Source: an uncultured Candidatus Kuenenia sp.
GTDB taxonomy: Bacteria > Planctomycetota > UBA11346
Assembly (NCBI GenBank): GCA_964654285.1
Contig: CAZZJC010000001.1
Coordinates: 5,030 to 69,029, forward strand
Length of the DNA stretch: 64,000 bases
Direction of reading: 5' to 3'
The notes under the pieces are model-generated. The model had not been told where the DNA came from. It made no database searches and saw only the letters and a list, made by a program, of their open reading frames with translations. This document shows, piece by piece, positions 59,775 to 64,000 of this stretch (position 1 is the stretch's first letter; each line of letters opens with the position of its first letter). The position numbers and the translations under genes are program-made.

Positions 59775-61028
59775 ATGGTGATCGACGACATCTTCCTGCG
59801 CCTCGGCCTGGCCATCGCCATCGGCCTGCTGGTCGGACTGCAGCGCCAGAGCGAGGGCAACCGCCTCGCCGGGATCCGCACCTTCCCCATCCTCTGCGTG
59901 CTCGGCTACCTCTGCGCCCTGTTGGCGCAGGACTACGGCGGCTGGACGGTCGCGGCCGGGGCGATCGCCCTCACCGGGCTGATGGTGGCCGGGCTGTACC
60001 GCCTCGCCAACGACGGCAAGGAACGCCCGGGCATGACCACGCTCGCCGCCGGACTGCTGCTCTACGCGGTGGGCGCCTGGCTCGCGAAGGGCTCGATCGC
60101 GCTCGCGGTGGCGGTGGGCGGCGGGGTTGCGGTGCTGCTCCAGGCCAAGGCCTCGCTGCATGCGCTGGTCGGCCGGCTCGGCGGCGAAGACCTGCGCGCG
60201 GTGTTCCTCTTCGTCCTCCTCGCCCTGGTCATCCTGCCCATCCTGCCGCGCCAGGGGTATTCGTTCGGCCTGCCGATCGAGGTGATCAACCCGCGCGAGG
60301 TATGGCTCCTGGTCGTGCTCATCGTGGGCGTCGGCCTGGTCGGCTATTTCCTCCTGAAATTCCTGGGCGAACGCGCAGGGACGGTGCTGGGCGGGATCCT
60401 CGGCGGCCTGGTCTCCTCGACCGCGACCACGGTCAGCTTCGCCCGCCGCTCGCGCACCTCGCCCGGGCTGTCGCGGATGTCGGCGGTGGTGGTCCAGCTC
60501 GCCACCACCATGTCGATGCTGCGTCTGACCGTGCTGGTCTGCGCCCTCGCACCGGCCGCCGTGCTGGGCCAGGTCGTGGCGCCGATGCTGGTCCTGGGCG
60601 GCGGCATGGCGGTGATCACCCTCGCCGCCTGGGGCTGGATGCGTTCGACCGGCGAACGCCACGTCGCCGAGCAGGGCAATCCGGCCGAACTCGTCCCGGC
60701 CCTGGTCTTCGGCGGCCTCTACGCCGTGATCAGCTTCGCCACCGCCGCCGGCAACCACTGGTTCGGGCAGCAGGCGATGTACGCGGTGGCCGGCATATCC
60801 GGCACCACCGATCTCGACGCGATCACCCTGTCGGCGGTGCGCCTGGCGGAAAAGCAGGCGATCACCCCGGCGTTCGCCTGGCGCCTGATCATCGTCGGCA
60901 CCATCGCGAACCTCGCCTTCAAGACCGGCGTCGCCTTCGCCATGGGCAGCCGCGAGATGGCCTGGCGCACGGCGGTGCTGTATGGCGCCAGCGCGCTGGT
61001 CGGCGCCGGGGTGCTGATCCTCTGGTGA
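59775..61028 (+). CDS. MgtC/SapB-family membrane protein fused to DUF4010
   Basis: Polytopic membrane protein. N-terminal MgtC-like region (FLRLGLAIAIGLLVGLQRQ) followed by a DUF4010-like C-terminal TM bundle. Confidence 0.75.
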   Translation: MVIDDIFLRLGLAIAIGLLVGLQRQSEGNRLAGIRTFPILCVLGYLCALLAQDYGGWTVAAGAIALTGLMVAGLYRLANDGKERPGMTTLAAGLLLYAVGAWLAKGSIALAVAVGGGVAVLLQAKASLHALVGRLGGEDLRAVFLFVLLALVILPILPRQGYSFGLPIEVINPREVWLLVVLIVGVGLVGYFLLKFLGERAGTVLGGILGGLVSSTATTVSFARRSRTSPGLSRMSAVVVQLATTMSMLRLTVLVCALAPAAVLGQVVAPMLVLGGGMAVITLAAWGWMRSTGERHVAEQGNPAELVPALVFGGLYAVISFATAAGNHWFGQQAMYAVAGISGTTDLDAITLSAVRLAEKQAITPAFAWRLIIVGTIANLAFKTGVAFAMGSREMAWRTAVLYGASALVGAGVLILW

Positions 61029-61799
61029 TCAGCCGCCGTGGGCGCGGTTCCAGGCCACGCAGTCGGCGTAGCGCACCCCGGTCCCGCCGAACAGGTCGAG
61101 CGCGCTGCCGTAGGTGAGGTCGACCCGGCCGCCGCTGAGGCGTGCGACCAGGGCGAGGTCGTCGAGGCTCTTCCCGCCGCCGGCGTAGGTGCACGGGATG
61201 GGCGACCAGCGGCCGAGGGCGGCGACCAGTTCCTCATCGATGCCCCGGCACAGCCCTTCGACATCGGCGGCGTGGATGAGGAATTCGCTGCAGTGCGCCG
61301 CGAACTGCGCCAGCGTGGCGGCGTCGATCGCGACCTCGGTCACGGTCTGCCAGCGGTCGATGGCGACAAACCACGCGCCGCCGCGCCGCCGGCAGGACAG
61401 GTCGATGACCAGGCGCTCGCGTCCGACCGCCGCGACCAGGGCGGCGAGGCGTTCGGGGCTGAAGCGGCCGGATGGGAAGAGCCAGCTCGTGACGATGACC
61501 TTGCCGGCCCCGGCGTCGATCCAGGCGCGCGCGTTGCCGGCGTCGATGCCGCCGCCCAGGTGCAGGCCGTCCGGCCAGGCCGCGAGCGCCAGGCGCGCCG
61601 CGTCGTCGTTGCCGGGCCCGAGCTTGATCACGTGGCCGCCGTCGAGGCGGTCGGCGCGGTAGCGCGCGGCGAAGAACGCCGGCGGCTCGCTCGCGACGAA
61701 GTTGGTGCGCAGACCCTGGCCCGAATCGGTCAGCGATCCGCCGACGATCTGCTTCACCTGGCCGTGGTGCAGGTCGATGCAGGGGCGGAAGAGGGTCAT
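61029..61799 (-). CDS. hisA: ProFAR isomerase of the eukaryotic His6 type (HisA function)
   Basis: Near-collinear similarity to yeast His6 throughout (MTLFRPCIDLHHGQVKQIVGGSL...HVIKLGP.NDDAA...VIVTSWLF...LVIDLSCR...EFLIHAADVEGLC.GIDEEL...YAGG.KS.DDL.LV..LS.G.VDLT.GS.LD.FGG). Confidence 0.85.
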   Translation of the reverse strand: MTLFRPCIDLHHGQVKQIVGGSLTDSGQGLRTNFVASEPPAFFAARYRADRLDGGHVIKLGPGNDDAARLALAAWPDGLHLGGGIDAGNARAWIDAGAGKVIVTSWLFPSGRFSPERLAALVAAVGRERLVIDLSCRRRGGAWFVAIDRWQTVTEVAIDAATLAQFAAHCSEFLIHAADVEGLCRGIDEELVAALGRWSPIPCTYAGGGKSLDDLALVARLSGGRVDLTYGSALDLFGGTGVRYADCVAWNRAHGG

Positions 61800-61818
61800 G
61801 GCGGAACGCCCGGGCCGG

Positions 61819-63213
61819 TCACTGGATCTTGGCAGCGTCGTCCGGATCCGAGTAGTCCGGACCGTTGAGCACGCCCGCCTTGCGCAATTGCTGGCGCATC
61901 ATCTCGCGCACCTGCTTGACCGCCTGCACGAGTTCATCGCCGGCGCTGGTCGCGCCGGTGCGGACGAGGAACGTCATGAGCGCCTGGTAGCCGTTGAGCG
62001 CCTGCGGGCTGAGCGCGGCCTGGGCGTACTGCGGCGGCAGCGCCTGCGGCAGCACCTGCAGGAGCAGCGCCGCGAACTCCTGCCCGGCGAGATCGCCCAG
62101 ATGGGCCCGGATCTGCTGCGCCGCGAGCTTTTCCAGGAGCTGCCCGAGCTGGGTTGCGAGCTGCTTCTCTGCCGGCTTGAGCGCGGCGTGCTCGGGGCTG
62201 GCGGCGAAGGCGGCCCAGTCGACCGGCTTGGCGCCGGGCCCGGCGGGCGCGGCCTCGCCTTCGGGCGGGGTGCCTGCGCCGGCGAGGTCGGCCTCGGCAT
62301 CGGCGGCCTCGGCGGAACCCGCGGACGGCGGCGCAGCGGGCGCGCCGGCGGCGGGCGGCTTCACCGTGGCCGGTCCCATCGACCACGACAGGCCGGGGCC
62401 TTTCGCTCCCGGCTTGCCGGCGGCGGAGGGCGCCTTGGCGACCGGTGCGGAGGTCTTGCCGGGCGCCGCGGCCGGCTTCGCCGATTCCTTGGCTTTCGCT
62501 GCGGCCTTCGCCTCGGCTTCCGCCGCCGGATCGCCGGCGAGGTGCTCGGCGAAGAGCGTCGTCCAGGGTGCCGTCAGGGCGGTGGTCGTCTCGTGGTCGC
62601 GTCCCTTGTCGGCCATGGCCTTGAGCAGCCGTTGCAGTTCGAAGCGGTCGCAGAAGCGGTCGTTGGCGATCACCGCGTTGACGAGGTCGGGGGCATCCTT
62701 CGCGCCCAGCACCGCGAGCACGCGGCAGGCGTGTTCGCCCAGACCGGTGCCGCCGGACCTGGCGCGGGCGATCTCGGCCTGCACCCGTTCGTTCAAGGCG
62801 GGGGCGAGGGCGGGCGAGGCCTTTCCGGCGGCGGCGAGGACGGCGAGGGCGTGGTAGCCGTTCTCGCGCACATCCAGCCCGCCGCTCGCGACTGCAGCCA
62901 GGATCTCGGCCTCGGCCCCAAGGCGACCAAGCGCCCAGCCGGCGGCACGGCCGACCAGGCCGTCCTTCGCCAGCAGCGCGACCAGCGCCGGTACCGCAGT
63001 CCGGTCACCGGTCAGCCCGGCGGCGATGGCCAGGGCGGCGGCCAGCGGCGTGGCGCCGGCGGCGGTGATCGCCGCCGGGCCGGGCGCCGCAGCGGCGTTG
63101 ATGGCGGAGGCTTCAAGCTTGCCGTCGCGGATGAGTTCAGCAGTCACGGGTGTCGCCTTTTGGGGAGTTCCGGCCGAGCCGGGCAGGATGCGTTTCAGCA
63201 GGTCGTTGAGCAT
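61819..63213 (-). CDS. HEAT/PBS-lyase-like repeat protein with central Ala/Pro/Lys-rich low-complexity region
   Basis: Repeats of the form ALVALLAKDGLVGRAAGWALGRLGAEAEIL. The opposite-strand 516-aa ORF is Gly/Arg-rich antisense artefact. Confidence 0.55.
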   Translation of the reverse strand: MLNDLLKRILPGSAGTPQKATPVTAELIRDGKLEASAINAAAAPGPAAITAAGATPLAAALAIAAGLTGDRTAVPALVALLAKDGLVGRAAGWALGRLGAEAEILAAVASGGLDVRENGYHALAVLAAAGKASPALAPALNERVQAEIARARSGGTGLGEHACRVLAVLGAKDAPDLVNAVIANDRFCDRFELQRLLKAMADKGRDHETTTALTAPWTTLFAEHLAGDPAAEAEAKAAAKAKESAKPAAAPGKTSAPVAKAPSAAGKPGAKGPGLSWSMGPATVKPPAAGAPAAPPSAGSAEAADAEADLAGAGTPPEGEAAPAGPGAKPVDWAAFAASPEHAALKPAEKQLATQLGQLLEKLAAQQIRAHLGDLAGQEFAALLLQVLPQALPPQYAQAALSPQALNGYQALMTFLVRTGATSAGDELVQAVKQVREMMRQQLRKAGVLNGPDYSDPDDAAKIQ

Positions 63214-63647
63214 GGGGATTCGAGTGCGGCGATCTTGTCGAGCCGCCGCTGATGGCGGGTCTCGAAGGGTTCGGCGAGGAAGGCGTCGACCATCGCGTTC
63301 GCGGTGGGCACATCGACCACGCGCGCGCCCAGCGCCAGCGCATGCGCGTGGTTGTGGCCGGCGGCAAGGCGCGCGGTGGCGACATCGTGCGCCAGGCCGC
63401 AGCGGATGCCGCGCATCTTGTTGGCGGCGATCGACATGCCGATGCCGGTGCCGCAGATCAGCACGGCGCGATCAGCCGCGCCGTCCTGCACCAGCCGGCA
63501 CGCGGCCTGGGCGAAGTCGGCATAGTCGCACGACGCGGTGGTGTGGGTGCCGCAATCGGTGACGGCGTGGCCGGCCGCGCGCAGGTGGTCAAGCACCGCG
63601 CGCTTGTGGTCGACTCCGGCATGGTCGCTGGCGATGGCGATGCGCAT
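63195..63647 (-). CDS. rpiB: Ribose-5-phosphate isomerase B
   Basis: MRIAIASDHAGVDHK...LICGTGIGMSIAANK...RCGLAHD. This matches the RpiB/LacAB fold signature. Confidence 0.85.
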   Translation of the reverse strand: MRIAIASDHAGVDHKRAVLDHLRAAGHAVTDCGTHTTASCDYADFAQAACRLVQDGAADRAVLICGTGIGMSIAANKMRGIRCGLAHDVATARLAAGHNHAHALALGARVVDVPTANAMVDAFLAEPFETRHQRRLDKIAALESPCSTTC

Positions 63648-63713
63648 GGGGTTCCTCGGTGGGCAGCCTAGACGCGCCGGTGGCGGCGGCCACTCGTTGC
63701 CACGTGAACCCGC

Positions 63714-64000
63714 TCAGTGATTGCAGTCGGGTCCGTGCACGTGGCCGGGCTGGCCGTGCGCCGCGCCGGCGACCGCCGCGACAGGGGCCTTGCCGAGGAC
63801 GCGGTCGAGGAACATCTCCAGCGCCTTGGCCTCGCGGATCTCGCGCGCGACCTGGCCGACCTGGCCGGACTGCTTGAGGTTCTTGGCGATGTCCTCGGCC
63901 TTCCGCCCGGTCTGGGCGGCGGCCATGTTGATCTGGTCGTTGAGGTCCTCGTTGGTCACCGCGACGTCGAGCTTGTCGGCCAGGGCATCGATGATCAGGG
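63714..64000 (-). CDS. tig: Probable trigger factor, C-terminal end (gene runs past the right edge) with His-rich tail
   Basis: Manual translation: ...LIIDALADKLDVAVTNEDLNDQINMAAAQTGRKAEDIAKNLKQSGQVGQVAREIREAKALEMFLDRVLGKAP...HGQPGHVHGPDCNH*. Resembles the trigger-factor C-terminal helical arm. Confidence 0.45.
   Translation of the reverse strand, partial: LIIDALADKLDVAVTNEDLNDQINMAAAQTGRKAEDIAKNLKQSGQVGQVAREIREAKALEMFLDRVLGKAPVAAVAGAAHGQPGHVHGPDCNH

Overview
This is a 64-kb, GC-rich (~68-70%) bacterial chromosomal window that mixes housekeeping genes with a repetitive, regulator-rich accessory landscape. Genes are densely packed on both strands, and most long ORFs antisense to a recognisable gene look like the usual high-GC antisense artefacts. 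Recognisable core genes are hom, bioB, nth, rpsI, dnaE, thrS, metG, rplU, aroK, rpiB, a His6-type hisA, ccsA/resB (System II cytochrome c biogenesis), an L,D-transpeptidase and the 3' end of a probable tig. The striking feature is five paralogous secreted PQQ-like beta-propeller genes (one truncated at the left edge). Four of these sit in loci with divergently transcribed AraC-family regulators, two of which also carry GH29 alpha-L-fucosidases; the fifth is convergent with an AraC gene. In total there are four GH29-like genes, one large CBM-bearing glycoside hydrolase and six AraC regulators, which suggests an expanded, regulator-gated fucosylated-glycan utilisation system. Other items worth a look are a MazEF/PemK-like toxin-antitoxin module whose toxin has no in-frame start and is overlapped by an extended antitoxin ORF; an FHA-domain protein followed by a 1,100-aa secreted protein with a transglutaminase-like Cys-His-Asp core; a ~400-bp low-GC non-coding island; twin REP-like hairpins after hom; orphan rpsI and rplU genes; and uncharacterised membrane proteins translationally coupled to resB/ccsA. 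The scattered ribosomal-protein genes, Ser/Thr kinase and FHA protein, many AraC regulators and fucosidases point to a Planctomycetota/Verrucomicrobiota-like lineage. That lineage call is an inference only.
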